From NCBI GenBank assembly GCA_944375955.1, contig CALWBE010000016.1:9405-73404 (forward strand): a stretch of DNA of 64,000 nucleotides, given 5' to 3'. Below the pieces are notes generated by a model. It was given only the letters and a program-made list of their open reading frames with translations, did not search any database and was not told the origin of the DNA. The stretch's first letter is position 1. Every line of letters starts with the position of its first letter. Of the stretch, positions 35,595 to 46,302 are shown in pieces. The translations under genes and the position numbers were made by a program. Source of the DNA: an uncultured Clostridia bacterium (GTDB taxonomy: Bacteria; Bacillota; Clostridia; Oscillospirales; CAG-382).

Positions 35595-37541
35595 TTAAGC
35601 CTGATTTTTATCGTCTTTTATTATAGCAAAAGAAAAACGTTCCATTATAATAGTGTTTTTTTCAGAATGGCTGCAACGCATATCATAGATTATTTTTGCT
35701 TTTTCTGGCAAAGGCATTAAAGTGCATTCCGTGCCTGAATTTACCGCAACAGTTATACTACCCTCTTCCCCGCTTCTTGTAAATGCAAACAATCCATTTT
35801 TATGACAAATTATATCCAGATCGCCATGACACAGCAACTTTTCGCTTCTGCGTATTCTTCCTAATTTTCTGTAGTGACTTAAAATTTCTTTATCTTCTCT
35901 TCCCCAGGGATACGTTTTTCGGCAAAACGGATCCCTTCCGCCGGATACGCCTGCCTCATCTCCGTAAAATACTGACGGTACTCCGGGAAGCGTATACTGC
36001 AGCACAGATGCGCATTTCAGCTTTATTTTTCCTATTTCATATTCAGAATTGTTAAGCAAAAAGTGCACCAGTTCATCTCCGTCTTTAGGGATCTCTCTTT
36101 CAGCCGCAAGCACCGTCATGATACGCTCGGTATCATGGGTTCCGAGAATATTCATAAGAGCTTCAGAAGCCTGTGTAGGATAGCTTGAATATATATCGCA
36201 TACAACATCCCAAAGCTTATTAGAATCCCCTTTGTTTATAAACGAGATTATGCCGTCCTTTAAAGGATAGTTCATTACACCGTCAAGCTGTTTTCCCTGA
36301 AAATACTTTCTGCGTCTGCCGTATGCGCATTTATCAGCCGCATTCTCCCATACCTCGCCGATTATTACCGCTTCAGGATCTTCCCCCTTTACCGTTTTTC
36401 TCAAACGCTCAAGAAATTTCTCCGGCAGTTCATCAGCAACATCAAGACGATATCCTGATATTCCGCGCTTTAAATATTTCGCGGCAATGCCGTTTTCACC
36501 GGCAAGAAAATCCTCAACCTTTGGATTTGACGTGTTTAACTTAGGAAGTATGGTTATTCCCCACCAGCTTTCATAATGATCCGGATATTCAGTAAAAAAA
36601 TACCAGTCATGATATACGGAATCATATTTCCTGTACGCTCCGTCTTCTCCATATCTGCCGTACTTATTAAAATACACGCTGTCATCACCGGTATGATTAA
36701 AAACTCCGTCAAGTATTATGTGAATGTTTCGCTTTTTGCACTCACTTATCAATACATCAAGAGCTTCGTCTCCACCAAACATCAAATCTACTTTTTCATA
36801 ATCGCCTGTATCATATTTATGATTCGAATAAGCTTCAAAAACCGGACTTAAATATATAGTTCCTATTCCCAGAGACTCTAAATAATCGAGCTTTTCACAG
36901 ACACCGTACAGCGTTCCTCCGAAAAACATATTATTTTTACAGAAATCCCCCTGCTTTTTGCCGTACTGCGGAATTCCTTCGTACCAGTCGTCATTAATTT
37001 CGGCATCTCTTCTTATCGGTATTTCTTTTTTATACTTTTCCTTAATAGCATCGCCCTTACAGAATCTATCAACAAAAATATGATACATTATACTTTCTCG
37101 AAACCATAAAGGAGTCCTGAAAGATCCGTCATATACAAGCATTTTAAATTCACCTAATCCGTCAGGCGAATATGTTAGCCTTCCCGAAACATTATTTCTG
37201 CTTATAAAATATATTGTGTTGTCTCCTATTGAAAACGATATTTTATAAAAAAGCAGTCCGGGCTCTTTGCATATGCTTTTAATATCTATATACAGCTCAT
37301 ATATATCATAAGTTTCATCAGAACATATATACCGAAAATCCTCACAGAACAAAAATCCTGTTCCGTCGCCCCTTAAAAAAAATTTAGGAAGATAAACTCC
37401 CAATTGCCTTTCCACACAAAGTTCAAAACATATATTATCATTAAGCGAACATGCCTTGCTAAATGTATACTTTCCGTTTATCTTATTCTTTAATAATATA
37501 CTTTCTTCGTTAAAAATATCTTTTGGATTAAGAGCCAACAT
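35595..37541 (-). CDS. glycoside hydrolase family 13 (neopullulanase/cyclomaltodextrinase/alpha-amylase-like), intracellular
   Basis: GH13 conserved regions DGVFNHTG, GYRLDVADE, EVWEN and ILGTHDTER. No signal peptide. Confidence 0.8.
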   Translation of the reverse strand: MLALNPKDIFNEESILLKNKINGKYTFSKACSLNDNICFELCVERQLGVYLPKFFLRGDGTGFLFCEDFRYICSDETYDIYELYIDIKSICKEPGLLFYKISFSIGDNTIYFISRNNVSGRLTYSPDGLGEFKMLVYDGSFRTPLWFRESIMYHIFVDRFCKGDAIKEKYKKEIPIRRDAEINDDWYEGIPQYGKKQGDFCKNNMFFGGTLYGVCEKLDYLESLGIGTIYLSPVFEAYSNHKYDTGDYEKVDLMFGGDEALDVLISECKKRNIHIILDGVFNHTGDDSVYFNKYGRYGEDGAYRKYDSVYHDWYFFTEYPDHYESWWGITILPKLNTSNPKVEDFLAGENGIAAKYLKRGISGYRLDVADELPEKFLERLRKTVKGEDPEAVIIGEVWENAADKCAYGRRRKYFQGKQLDGVMNYPLKDGIISFINKGDSNKLWDVVCDIYSSYPTQASEALMNILGTHDTERIMTVLAAEREIPKDGDELVHFLLNNSEYEIGKIKLKCASVLQYTLPGVPSVFYGDEAGVSGGRDPFCRKTYPWGREDKEILSHYRKLGRIRRSEKLLCHGDLDIICHKNGLFAFTRSGEEGSITVAVNSGTECTLMPLPEKAKIIYDMRCSHSEKNTIIMERFSFAIIKDDKNQA

Positions 37542-37647
37542 CCTGCTTTTCTCCGTTTAAAATTTAATACTTTATTTTTTAACCCGGCTGATAACAGCTC
37601 AGCCGGGTTTACTTATACTTATACAACTTATACTTTTATTATATTAT

Positions 37648-40077
37648 TCACTTATTCTCCGGCAGACGGATTTTCTTTAAATGCCAAATTTCAGACGCGT
37701 ATTCTTCTATACTGCGGTCTGCGGCAAAATATCCTGATCCTGCTATATTTTCAAGCGACATTCGGTTCCAGTTTTTGCTGTCTTTATACTCATCAACGAT
37801 CTGATCGTGTACTTTAGTATATGAATCGAAATCGGCAAGGCACATATACGGATCGGCTACTCCATGACCCGCAAGCAGATAGTTTGCTATATCAGCAAAA
37901 TTTTGTCCGGCAAATCCATTATTTAATGAATTTATTGCTCCGTTCAGCCGCTTATTATTTACGCAGTAAAGCGCCGAATTATATCCGGAAAGCCATTGCT
38001 TTTCAACCTCATCCGCACTCAAGCCGAAAATAAACATGTTTTCTCTTCCCACAGCATCAAGCATCTCAACGTTTGCTCCGTCAAGCGTACCTATTGTTAT
38101 AGCACCGTTCATCATCAACTTCATACATCCTGTACCGCTGGCTTCTTTACCTGCAAGAGAAATTTGTTCGGATATTTCCGCCGCCGGAATAAGTGCTTCC
38201 GCCATACTTACACAATAGTTTTCAAGAAATACTACCTTTAATTTTTTATTTATTTTAGGATTGTTGTCTATATCTTTAGCTATATAACAAATAAGTTTTA
38301 TTATTTGTTTCGCCATATAATATCCGGGCGCTGCTTTAGCTCCAAACAAATAAGTCTGAGGCTGTATATCTGCGTCAGGATTTTCTTTAAGCATATTATA
38401 TACGCTTATTATATTCAGCGCGTTAAGCAGCTGACGCTTATACTCATGCAATCTCTTTATATGAACGTCAAATATAGAATCAGGATCTATTCTTATTCCC
38501 GATATTTTATACAGCTTTTCTGCAAAAAGCTTTTTATTATTATGCTTTATTTCTCCGAGTCGGGCTAGTATCGTACTGTCAAAACTGAATTTCTTAAAAT
38601 CAGCAAGTTTCTCAGGTGATTTATGGTACCCGGTACCTATACAGTCGTCAAGCAACGACGCAAGCTCGGGATTTGAACAGTTGAGCCACCTCCTGTGAGC
38701 TATTCCATTTGTTACACTGTGAAATTTATAAGGATAAATTTTATAAAAGTCCTTAAATGTCGAGTTCATTAAAATATCAGAATGAAGCTTTGATACTCCG
38801 TTTACAGAATCAGATCCTATAATGCTGAGATTTGCCATTTTTACTCGAGAACCTGACAAAACTGCAAGGTTTGATATCTTATCCCAATTTCCCGTAAATG
38901 CATCCCAGGCATAATGACAAAACCGTTCGTTTATTTCATGAATAATTGAATAGATACGCGGCAATTTTATCTTAAAAAGATCTTCATCCCAGCATTCCAG
39001 CGCCTCAGGCATAACTGTATGATTTGTATAAGATACTGTTTTTGTTACAATACTCCATGCACTGTCCCAGTCCATAAAATATTCGTCAAGGAAAATTCTC
39101 ATAAGCTCCGGTATACACAAGGCTGGATGTGTATCATTTATGTGTATGGCAACTTTATCCGGAAAATTATCGAGTGTTCCGTATACAGCCATATGATCCC
39201 TTATAATGCTCTGACACGACGCAGATACAAGAAAATACTGCTGTGTCAAACGAAGAAGTTTTCCTTCATTGTGATTATCTGAAGGATAAAGCACCTTTGA
39301 TATAACCTCGGCTTTTGTACTTTCTTCAAGAGCCTGCGTATACTGCCCTTGAGTAAAAAGCTTCATATTGAAATTCACAATATCACGCGCTTTCCAGAGT
39401 CTAAGCTGGCTTACTGCGTCAGACTTATATCCGGATATCATCATGTCATACGGAACTGCCTCTAATTCATCATAATTTTCATATTGTATCTCAAGCCGCC
39501 CGTTGTTCCAATTTTCTCTTATATGCCCTCCGAATCTTACTTTAAAAATCCGGTCGGTTCTCGGTATAAGCCAGCTTTCTCCTCCGGGAAGCCATATGTC
39601 GGGAAGTTCTACCTGCATTCCATCTACTATTTTCTGTCTGAACAAGCCATATTCATAGCATATAGAAAAGCCTGTAGCGGGATAATCAAGCGATGACAAC
39701 GAATCCATGAAACATGCCGCCAAACGGCCAAGTCCTCCGTTGCCGAGTCCGGCATCCGGTTCAAGTTCATAAAGCTCGTCGATTGAATATCCCAATTCTG
39801 ACAGTGCTTCGGAAAACACCTTTGTAAGTCCGAGATTAAAAAGATTTATTTTAAGGCTTCTGCCAAGCAGAAACTCCATACACATATAATAAACGCGCTT
39901 CCCGCCGCGTCTGTTTACTTCTTTTTTATAATTATTCCGCTTCGCTGCAAGAATGTCTCTTACTGTAACTGCCACCGCTTTGTATATCTGCTCAAGCGAA
40001 GCTTCCTGAGGTGTTGTTCCGAAATATCGCGAAAGCTTACTGCCGAGCAATTCTTTTATCTCTTCATTTGTGTACAT
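37648..40077 (-). CDS. glgP: glycogen/maltodextrin phosphorylase
   Basis: 809 aa. GLGNGGLGRLAACF and the PLP-site region EASGTGCMKLMMNGA. Confidence 0.95.
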   Translation of the reverse strand: MYTNEEIKELLGSKLSRYFGTTPQEASLEQIYKAVAVTVRDILAAKRNNYKKEVNRRGGKRVYYMCMEFLLGRSLKINLFNLGLTKVFSEALSELGYSIDELYELEPDAGLGNGGLGRLAACFMDSLSSLDYPATGFSICYEYGLFRQKIVDGMQVELPDIWLPGGESWLIPRTDRIFKVRFGGHIRENWNNGRLEIQYENYDELEAVPYDMMISGYKSDAVSQLRLWKARDIVNFNMKLFTQGQYTQALEESTKAEVISKVLYPSDNHNEGKLLRLTQQYFLVSASCQSIIRDHMAVYGTLDNFPDKVAIHINDTHPALCIPELMRIFLDEYFMDWDSAWSIVTKTVSYTNHTVMPEALECWDEDLFKIKLPRIYSIIHEINERFCHYAWDAFTGNWDKISNLAVLSGSRVKMANLSIIGSDSVNGVSKLHSDILMNSTFKDFYKIYPYKFHSVTNGIAHRRWLNCSNPELASLLDDCIGTGYHKSPEKLADFKKFSFDSTILARLGEIKHNNKKLFAEKLYKISGIRIDPDSIFDVHIKRLHEYKRQLLNALNIISVYNMLKENPDADIQPQTYLFGAKAAPGYYMAKQIIKLICYIAKDIDNNPKINKKLKVVFLENYCVSMAEALIPAAEISEQISLAGKEASGTGCMKLMMNGAITIGTLDGANVEMLDAVGRENMFIFGLSADEVEKQWLSGYNSALYCVNNKRLNGAINSLNNGFAGQNFADIANYLLAGHGVADPYMCLADFDSYTKVHDQIVDEYKDSKNWNRMSLENIAGSGYFAADRSIEEYASEIWHLKKIRLPENK

Positions 40078-40144
40078 TTTTTATTGCTTTTCCTTTCAGG
40101 TATTCCTTTTATATTATTATAGTTATTTACAAAAAAAATCAATT

Positions 40145-41584
40145 TCAAACAAGTTCTTTATATAGCTGCATATACTCACCGGCTGATTTTTCCCATGAAA
40201 AATCTTCACGCATTACTTTGCGTACAAGTTTCAGCCATTCTTCCTTATTGTGATATAGAGAAAGTGCTGCGTACATTCTGTCTGACAGCTCATGCGCATT
40301 ATAATTTGCAAATGTGAATCCATTTCCGCACACATTCCCCTTTTCATCTACATAATAGCCCTTTATGGAATCATAAAGTCCTCCGGTCTCACGCGTTATC
40401 GGAACCGCTCCGTAACGCGAAGCTATCATCTGCGATAATCCGCAAGGTTCGCTCTTTGACGGCATTAAAAAGATATCGGCAGCAGCATATATTTTTTTTG
40501 AAAGCTGGCGATCATATACCAAAAGTGCAGAAACTTTATCTCTGTATTTTCCGGCAAGATATCGGAAATAGCACTCATAATCATACTCGCCTTTTCCTAA
40601 TACTATAAGCTGAATATCGTTTGATGCAACAAAATCTTCCATAATATATTTTATTAAATCAAGTCCTTTATGTGAAGCAAGCCTTGATATTATTGCAAAT
40701 ACCAGTACTTCTTCTCTTCTCGGAAGATTGCAGTATTCCTGAATCGCGGATTTATTTGCCGCTTTTTTATTTACACTGCGCCATGTGTAGTTCATTAATA
40801 TGTCAGGATCAGTTTGAGGATTATAATATTCATAATCTATACCGTTCAATATTCCGCGCAGTTTTCCTGCACACCGAGAAAGCATGCTGTCAAGCCCCTG
40901 CGAATACTGAGGGCTCATTATTTCTTTCGCATAAGTCGGTGACACCGTAGTTACAAAATCGGAAAATTCAATCGCACCTTTCATAAGATTTATGCAGCCA
41001 CCATATTCTACATATCGCTTGTCCCTTGTATCAAGATCAAAAACATCTCCGAGAATTGCAAAATCATATTGTCCCTGATACTGTATATTATGTATCGTGA
41101 ACACTGTGCGTATATTTTTATATTCTTCAATCTGTCGGTATTTTAAATTAAGATATATAACCGAAAGCGCACTTTGCCAATCATGCGCGTGAAGCATATC
41201 AGGATAAAAATTAACCTCATACATCATTCTTAGAACTGCAGCGCAGAAAAAGGCATATCTTTCCCCGTCATCAAAACAGCCGTAAAGTGAATCGCGTTTA
41301 AAATAATACTCATTGTCAAGAAAATAATATATAACGCCGTTCTTTTCAAAGGTAAATACTCCGCAATACAGCTTTCTCCACGAAAGTTTTACTTCAAATG
41401 ACTTTAAAAATGTCATTCCTTCTCTGTATATTTTCCCTATCGTTCCGTATAGCGGCATTACTACCCTTATATCATTATCGTTATATGCCTTGCTCAGAGC
41501 ATTCGGAAGCGATCCTAATACGTCTCCCAAACCACCGGTCGCTGCAAACGGCATTACCTCCGAACCAACAAATAGGATCTTCAT
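40145..41584 (-). CDS. glgA: glycogen synthase (ADP-glucose type)
   Basis: [22 protein letters not shown] and SEPCGLSQM. 479 aa. Confidence 0.95.
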   Translation of the reverse strand: MKILFVGSEVMPFAATGGLGDVLGSLPNALSKAYNDNDIRVVMPLYGTIGKIYREGMTFLKSFEVKLSWRKLYCGVFTFEKNGVIYYFLDNEYYFKRDSLYGCFDDGERYAFFCAAVLRMMYEVNFYPDMLHAHDWQSALSVIYLNLKYRQIEEYKNIRTVFTIHNIQYQGQYDFAILGDVFDLDTRDKRYVEYGGCINLMKGAIEFSDFVTTVSPTYAKEIMSPQYSQGLDSMLSRCAGKLRGILNGIDYEYYNPQTDPDILMNYTWRSVNKKAANKSAIQEYCNLPRREEVLVFAIISRLASHKGLDLIKYIMEDFVASNDIQLIVLGKGEYDYECYFRYLAGKYRDKVSALLVYDRQLSKKIYAAADIFLMPSKSEPCGLSQMIASRYGAVPITRETGGLYDSIKGYYVDEKGNVCGNGFTFANYNAHELSDRMYAALSLYHNKEEWLKLVRKVMREDFSWEKSAGEYMQLYKELV

Positions 41585-42717
41585 TATATTGTTACTCCTT
41601 TATTTATATAAAACGGTATTGACGGATGTCCTGAAAGCTCTCTGTCATCCTTTATCAAAACATTTTTATCTGATATTACACAATTTAAATGAACATTTTT
41701 ACCTATATACGTGCCCTGCATTATTATGCAGTTTCTCACTACGGAATTTCTGTTTATCTTTGCTCCTCGGAATATTATGCAGTTTTCTACAGTTCCTTCT
41801 ATTTCACATCCGTCTGCTATCAGCGAATTTTTTACACATGCATCGGAAGAATACAGCGTTGGCGGTGAATTCTTTATCTTCGTATATACCGACCTCTCAG
41901 GAATATCAAAAAGAGCTCTTCTGACATCTTTTTCAAGCAGTCTCATATTGCATTCGAAGTATTCCTCCATTGACCCTATGGCAGCATAAAATCCGTCGAA
42001 TTCGTATATATAAAATTCCATTTCTCCAAGTCTTTTTGCTACAATATCTGTATCAAAACTTTTTAGATCCCTTGCCATAGCGTCTGTCAGTAAAAGATAT
42101 AAAAGCTTTGTTTTCATTACCATTATATTGAGACTCACGTCAAATTCACCTGATATATGCTTCGGTTTTGAATATATCTGCCTTATCCGGCCTTTTTCGT
42201 CACTTTCAAAAAATGTCCGCGATGATGCTTTAAAATCGCTTAAATATTCTTTCTTTGTCACAAAAGTAATGTCTGCTTCACTTTCCTCATGTTTCTTTAT
42301 TACATCCGATATATCAATATTGCATATGCAGTCGCAGTCGGACAGCACTACATACTCCTCTTCCGAATGCTCAATAAAGCTCATCACTCCCATAAGCGCC
42401 TGTAGCTTTGATGTGTAAAGCTGTGAAGCAGCTTGGCTGTCATATGCAGTTATAAACGGCGGAAGTATTTTTATTCCTCCGCTTCTGCGTGCAAGATCCC
42501 AGTCTTTACCATTTCCCAAATGATCAAGCAAAGACTGATAATTATTATGAACTATTACGCCTACTTTGCTTATTCCCGCGTTCACCATGTTTGAAAGTGC
42601 AAAATCTATAAGCCTGTAACGACATCCAAACGGAACTGACGCCATTGTCCTTCTACGTGTAAGTTCGGGGATACTATTATCATGAATATTTGAAAAAATC
42701 AATCCGAATGCACTCAT
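41584..42717 (-). CDS. glgD: glucose-1-phosphate adenylyltransferase subunit GlgD
   Basis: It is a paralogue of GlgC that lacks the GGxGxRL motif (starts [10 protein letters not shown]...[18 protein letters not shown]). It sits between glgC and glgA as in other Firmicutes. Confidence 0.85.
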   Translation of the reverse strand: MSAFGLIFSNIHDNSIPELTRRRTMASVPFGCRYRLIDFALSNMVNAGISKVGVIVHNNYQSLLDHLGNGKDWDLARRSGGIKILPPFITAYDSQAASQLYTSKLQALMGVMSFIEHSEEEYVVLSDCDCICNIDISDVIKKHEESEADITFVTKKEYLSDFKASSRTFFESDEKGRIRQIYSKPKHISGEFDVSLNIMVMKTKLLYLLLTDAMARDLKSFDTDIVAKRLGEMEFYIYEFDGFYAAIGSMEEYFECNMRLLEKDVRRALFDIPERSVYTKIKNSPPTLYSSDACVKNSLIADGCEIEGTVENCIIFRGAKINRNSVVRNCIIMQGTYIGKNVHLNCVISDKNVLIKDDRELSGHPSIPFYINKGVTI

Positions 42718-43934
42718 ACAGTCATGTCCCCCTTTAGCTTCTCCTCATAATACGCATCATTTACCATTTCTCCGTCAGCTATAACCTTTCCGTCATCTAT
42801 AGCTATGCCGGATCCGATCACCGTTATTCCTTTTGCATTTTCTTTATCCGCTCCTATCGAGGCGCCAGATCCTATGACTACTCCGGAATCAATTATCGTA
42901 TATTCGACTTTTGCATTCTTTTTTATTGTCACTCCGTTCATGATAACTGAATCCCGCACTGTTGCTCCCTCTTCCACTATTACACCTTCAGACAGTACAG
43001 AATTTTCTACTGTTCCGTTTATTTCACATCCCTCTGTAATTATGGAATCTTTTATTTGAGCATCTTTTCCTATATATTGCGGCGGTTCTGCATTTGTTCG
43101 TGAAAATACACGGCGCTCCTTTCCTTCAAATTTTAAAAGGCTATTTTCTTTCATTAAATCCATATTTGCTTCCCAATAGCTTTCTATCGTACCTACATCC
43201 TTCCAGTACCCGGAAAACGGATATGCAAACATTCGCTCGCCTCCGGCAAGCATTGCCGGAATAACATCTTTTCCGAAATCTTTTGAAGAGTTCGGATTTT
43301 TTTCATCTTCCTCGAGATATTTTGCAAGCTTGTCTTTACTGAAAATATATATTCCCATTGATGCAAGGGTGCTGTCCGGCTTTTTAGGCTTTTCTGAAAA
43401 CTTATATATCCTTCCGTTTTCATCAGCACTCATTATTCCGAAACGGCTTGCCTCTTTTATAGGCACGTTTATTACCGCTATCGTACAATCTGCATTCATC
43501 ACTTTATGAAATGCAAGCATTGTGTCATATCTCATCTGATATATGTGATCGCCTGATAATATCAAAACAAATTCAGGATTATAACGGTCTATAAAATTCA
43601 TGTTCTGATATATTGCGTTTGCTGTCCCGCTGTACCAATCCGCTTTCTTTTTTCCTTGATACGGCGGCAATATTTTTACTCCGCCGTATGTTCTGTCAAG
43701 ATCCCACGGCTGACCGTTTCCTATATATTCATTTAAAACAAGCGGCTGATACTGTGTAAGTACCCCTACTGTATCGATCCCTGAATTTACACAGTTTGAA
43801 AGGGTGAAATCTATTATTCTATATTTCCCGCCAAAGCTTACCGCCGGTTTTGCAGTTTTTTCCGTAAGAGCATAAAGCCTGCTGCCTTGTCCTCCCGCGA
43901 GAAGCATGGCTATGCATTCTTTTTTTCTAAACAC
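42714..43934 (-). CDS. glgC: glucose-1-phosphate adenylyltransferase
   Basis: [42 protein letters not shown] plus a left-handed beta-helix C-terminus. Confidence 0.95.
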   Translation of the reverse strand: MFRKKECIAMLLAGGQGSRLYALTEKTAKPAVSFGGKYRIIDFTLSNCVNSGIDTVGVLTQYQPLVLNEYIGNGQPWDLDRTYGGVKILPPYQGKKKADWYSGTANAIYQNMNFIDRYNPEFVLILSGDHIYQMRYDTMLAFHKVMNADCTIAVINVPIKEASRFGIMSADENGRIYKFSEKPKKPDSTLASMGIYIFSKDKLAKYLEEDEKNPNSSKDFGKDVIPAMLAGGERMFAYPFSGYWKDVGTIESYWEANMDLMKENSLLKFEGKERRVFSRTNAEPPQYIGKDAQIKDSIITEGCEINGTVENSVLSEGVIVEEGATVRDSVIMNGVTIKKNAKVEYTIIDSGVVIGSGASIGADKENAKGITVIGSGIAIDDGKVIADGEMVNDAYYEEKLKGDMTV

Positions 43935-44018
43935 TTATTTTTACCCCCTTATTATATGCTATTTTTCTTTGTTTTTTCCGCTCCGTTAAACTTATATTTT
44001 ATATTTTTAAATTCTTAT

Positions 44019-46082
44019 TTACTTTATCTTTTCCTTTATACTTTTCTTTTCCCTATTCATCTGTTTTTCTATGCCTTTTTTTTCGGCTGCCTCTTTCTTA
44101 ATGCGCATCTCTTTCTCTTCCATTGCTTTTCTGTACTTTTTTTCCGCTTGTTCTTTACTGTCCGCTTCTTTAATCTCAAAAACAGCAGCAGCAAGAGGGG
44201 GCAGCTTGATTTTTATAAGATCGTTGCCATATTCGCTCTTATACGAGTCTATTTCCCTTTCGTTTATACATCCCGATCCGCCGTAAATTTCATTATCACT
44301 TGAAAATACTTCTTTATATTTCCCGCTGTACGGAACATCTATAATAAAATCTTCTTTGGCAGAATAATTGTAATTTAAAACAACTATCAATTCTTTATAT
44401 GCTGTAAGCGCGCTGTTTATTCTCATAAAAGATGATACAATATTTTCTCGGTCATCTGGACGAAGCCAGTGAAATCCCTCCCAGCTATGATCATCATGCC
44501 ATAACTGAGAATGAGTATAATAAAATTTATTAAGGTCGCGCACAAAAAGCTGATGCTTTTTATGCATGTCATAATCCAATAAAAACCATTCTATGCTTTT
44601 GGTATAGTCCCATTCCGAAAACTGCCCTATTTCTGTTCCCATAAACGTAAGCTTTTTACCCGGATGAAACATCATATACGACAAAAACAGACGTGATCCT
44701 GCAAATTTTCTCCAATAATCACCTGGCATACGGTCAAGAAAAGATTTTTTGCCATGCACGACTTCATCGTGCGATACAGGCAGCACATACCTTTCCGAAT
44801 ATGCATACATCATTGAAAAATTAGTCTTATTATGAAACTGTGCACGATAGTCAAACTCTGTCTGGGCATAACTCAGTGTATCGTTCATCCATCCCATATT
44901 CCACTTATAACTGAAACCAAGTCCACCGTGCTCTACAGGCTTTGTAACACCGGCAAATGCTGTTGATTCTTCAGCCATAATCAGGACATCCGGGTATTTC
45001 CCAGAAATATGCGAATTTAATTTCTTGAAAAACGATATAGCTTCCAACGACTCGTTTCCGCCGTATATATTCGGATTCCATTCCCCGGGTTTTTTATCAT
45101 AATCAAGATAAAGCATCGAAGCTACAGCGTCAACGCGTAATCCGTCCGCATGAAATTCCTCCAACCAATATACCGCATTGGATATCAGAAAGCATTCTAC
45201 TTCATTCCGGGCTACATCAAATCTTCTTGTACCCCAGCCTGCATGCTCCATGCGGTCTGCGCCCTGGTATTCGTAAAGCGGCTTGCCGTCAAATTCGCAA
45301 AGACCGTGCTCATCTTTCGGAAAATGAGCAGGCACCCAGTCAAAAATAACTCCTATGCCGGCATTATGAAAATCATTTATAAATCTTTTAAAGTCATCCG
45401 GCTTACCAAAACGTGAGGTGGGCGCATAATATCCCGTTATCTGGTATCCCCAAGAACCGTCATAAGGATGTTCCATTACAGGCATAAGCTCTATATGTGT
45501 ATAACCCATCTGCTTTACATAAGGAATAAGTTCTGATGCTATTTCGTTATATGACAAATATGAGCCGTCTTCATGTCTTTTCCATGACGCAAGGTGCACT
45601 TCATAAATATTCATCGGTATTCTGTAATCCGGAGCTGTAACGTTTTTCCTGCGAGACTGCATATATCCACCGTCTGTCCATTCGAATTCATGCGGAATTA
45701 TTATCTTTGACGCTGTCAGTGGAGGCCTTTCGGCATAAAACGCGTATGGATCCGCCTTATAAAGTTCTCTGCCGTCACATGTCAGTATTTTAAACTTATA
45801 ATTGTCGCCTTCGTTTACCTTATCCGCAGAAAATTTTACTTCATACACCCCTCCGTCAGTAATTTTTTCCATTTCGAGTGTGTTGTCCCAGCAGTTAAAA
45901 TCTCCCGTTAAATATACTTTTTTAGCATTAGGAGCCCATGTGCGGAATACCGCCCATTTTTTTTCATTGAAAGATTCTATATGAAAACCGAGATATCTAT
46001 ATGTGTAATAATTCGTACCCTGATGAAATAAATACGGCGCCATTTCACTTTTTTCAATATTTTTCAATGTCTTTCCCCACAT
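44019..46082 (-). CDS. glgB: 1,4-alpha-glucan branching enzyme with a ~49-aa Lys/Glu-rich C-terminal tail
   Basis: GH13_9 core (DWVPAHF, GLRVDAVASMLY, MAEESTA, SHDEVVHGK). The tail EADSKEQAEKKYRK...KKSIKEKIK follows the usual end at ...PPLAAAVFEIK. The start is uncertain (46082 or 46043). Confidence 0.9.
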   Translation of the reverse strand: MWGKTLKNIEKSEMAPYLFHQGTNYYTYRYLGFHIESFNEKKWAVFRTWAPNAKKVYLTGDFNCWDNTLEMEKITDGGVYEVKFSADKVNEGDNYKFKILTCDGRELYKADPYAFYAERPPLTASKIIIPHEFEWTDGGYMQSRRKNVTAPDYRIPMNIYEVHLASWKRHEDGSYLSYNEIASELIPYVKQMGYTHIELMPVMEHPYDGSWGYQITGYYAPTSRFGKPDDFKRFINDFHNAGIGVIFDWVPAHFPKDEHGLCEFDGKPLYEYQGADRMEHAGWGTRRFDVARNEVECFLISNAVYWLEEFHADGLRVDAVASMLYLDYDKKPGEWNPNIYGGNESLEAISFFKKLNSHISGKYPDVLIMAEESTAFAGVTKPVEHGGLGFSYKWNMGWMNDTLSYAQTEFDYRAQFHNKTNFSMMYAYSERYVLPVSHDEVVHGKKSFLDRMPGDYWRKFAGSRLFLSYMMFHPGKKLTFMGTEIGQFSEWDYTKSIEWFLLDYDMHKKHQLFVRDLNKFYYTHSQLWHDDHSWEGFHWLRPDDRENIVSSFMRINSALTAYKELIVVLNYNYSAKEDFIIDVPYSGKYKEVFSSDNEIYGGSGCINEREIDSYKSEYGNDLIKIKLPPLAAAVFEIKEADSKEQAEKKYRKAMEEKEMRIKKEAAEKKGIEKQMNREKKSIKEKIK

Positions 46083-46112
46083 TTCGATATTTTATACAAA
46101 GATTTCGCTTAT

Positions 46113-46141
46113 ATTATAACGCTTTTTGAGCAAAAAAGCAA
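46113..46141 (-). promoter_or_regulatory. promoter of the glg operon with a palindromic spacer
   Basis: Minus strand: TTGCTT (46136-46141), 17 nt, TATAAT (46113-46118). The palindrome CTTTTT-GAGC-AAAAAAG (46122-46138, plus strand) spans the spacer and overlaps the -35 by 3 nt. Confidence 0.5.
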
Positions 46142-46260
46142 TAGGTTTCTGTAATGTGTTAATTTATTTTACTGCTTTATTATATTTATATCCGATGTAA
46201 ATTATATTAATTTTTCAAATTAAAACTAAAATATATAATAGTTTTTTGCCTATTAAAAAT

Positions 46261-46297
46261 TTAAGGAGCTTTTTACATAAAGTAAAAAGCTCCTTAA
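46261..46297 (-). terminator. intrinsic terminator after pfkA
   Basis: TTAAGGAGCTTTTTA-loop-TAAAAAGCTCCTTAA with a T-run on the minus strand. Confidence 0.75.
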
Positions 46298-46302
46298 CAT
46301 AA

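Noticed and set aside
37581-37610. GC-rich hairpin AACCCGGCTGA...TCAGCCGGGTT between glgP and the GH13 gene
   Set aside because: It is not followed by a U-tract on the coding (minus) strand, so I do not call it a terminator. It may be an mRNA-processing or stability element, but there is no evidence.
43887-44303. 138-aa Phe/Leu-rich plus-strand ORF and a 71-aa ORF at 44071-44286
   Set aside because: They are antisense to the Lys/Glu-rich tail of glgB, so their complementary codons give poly-F/L. This is an artefact of composition.
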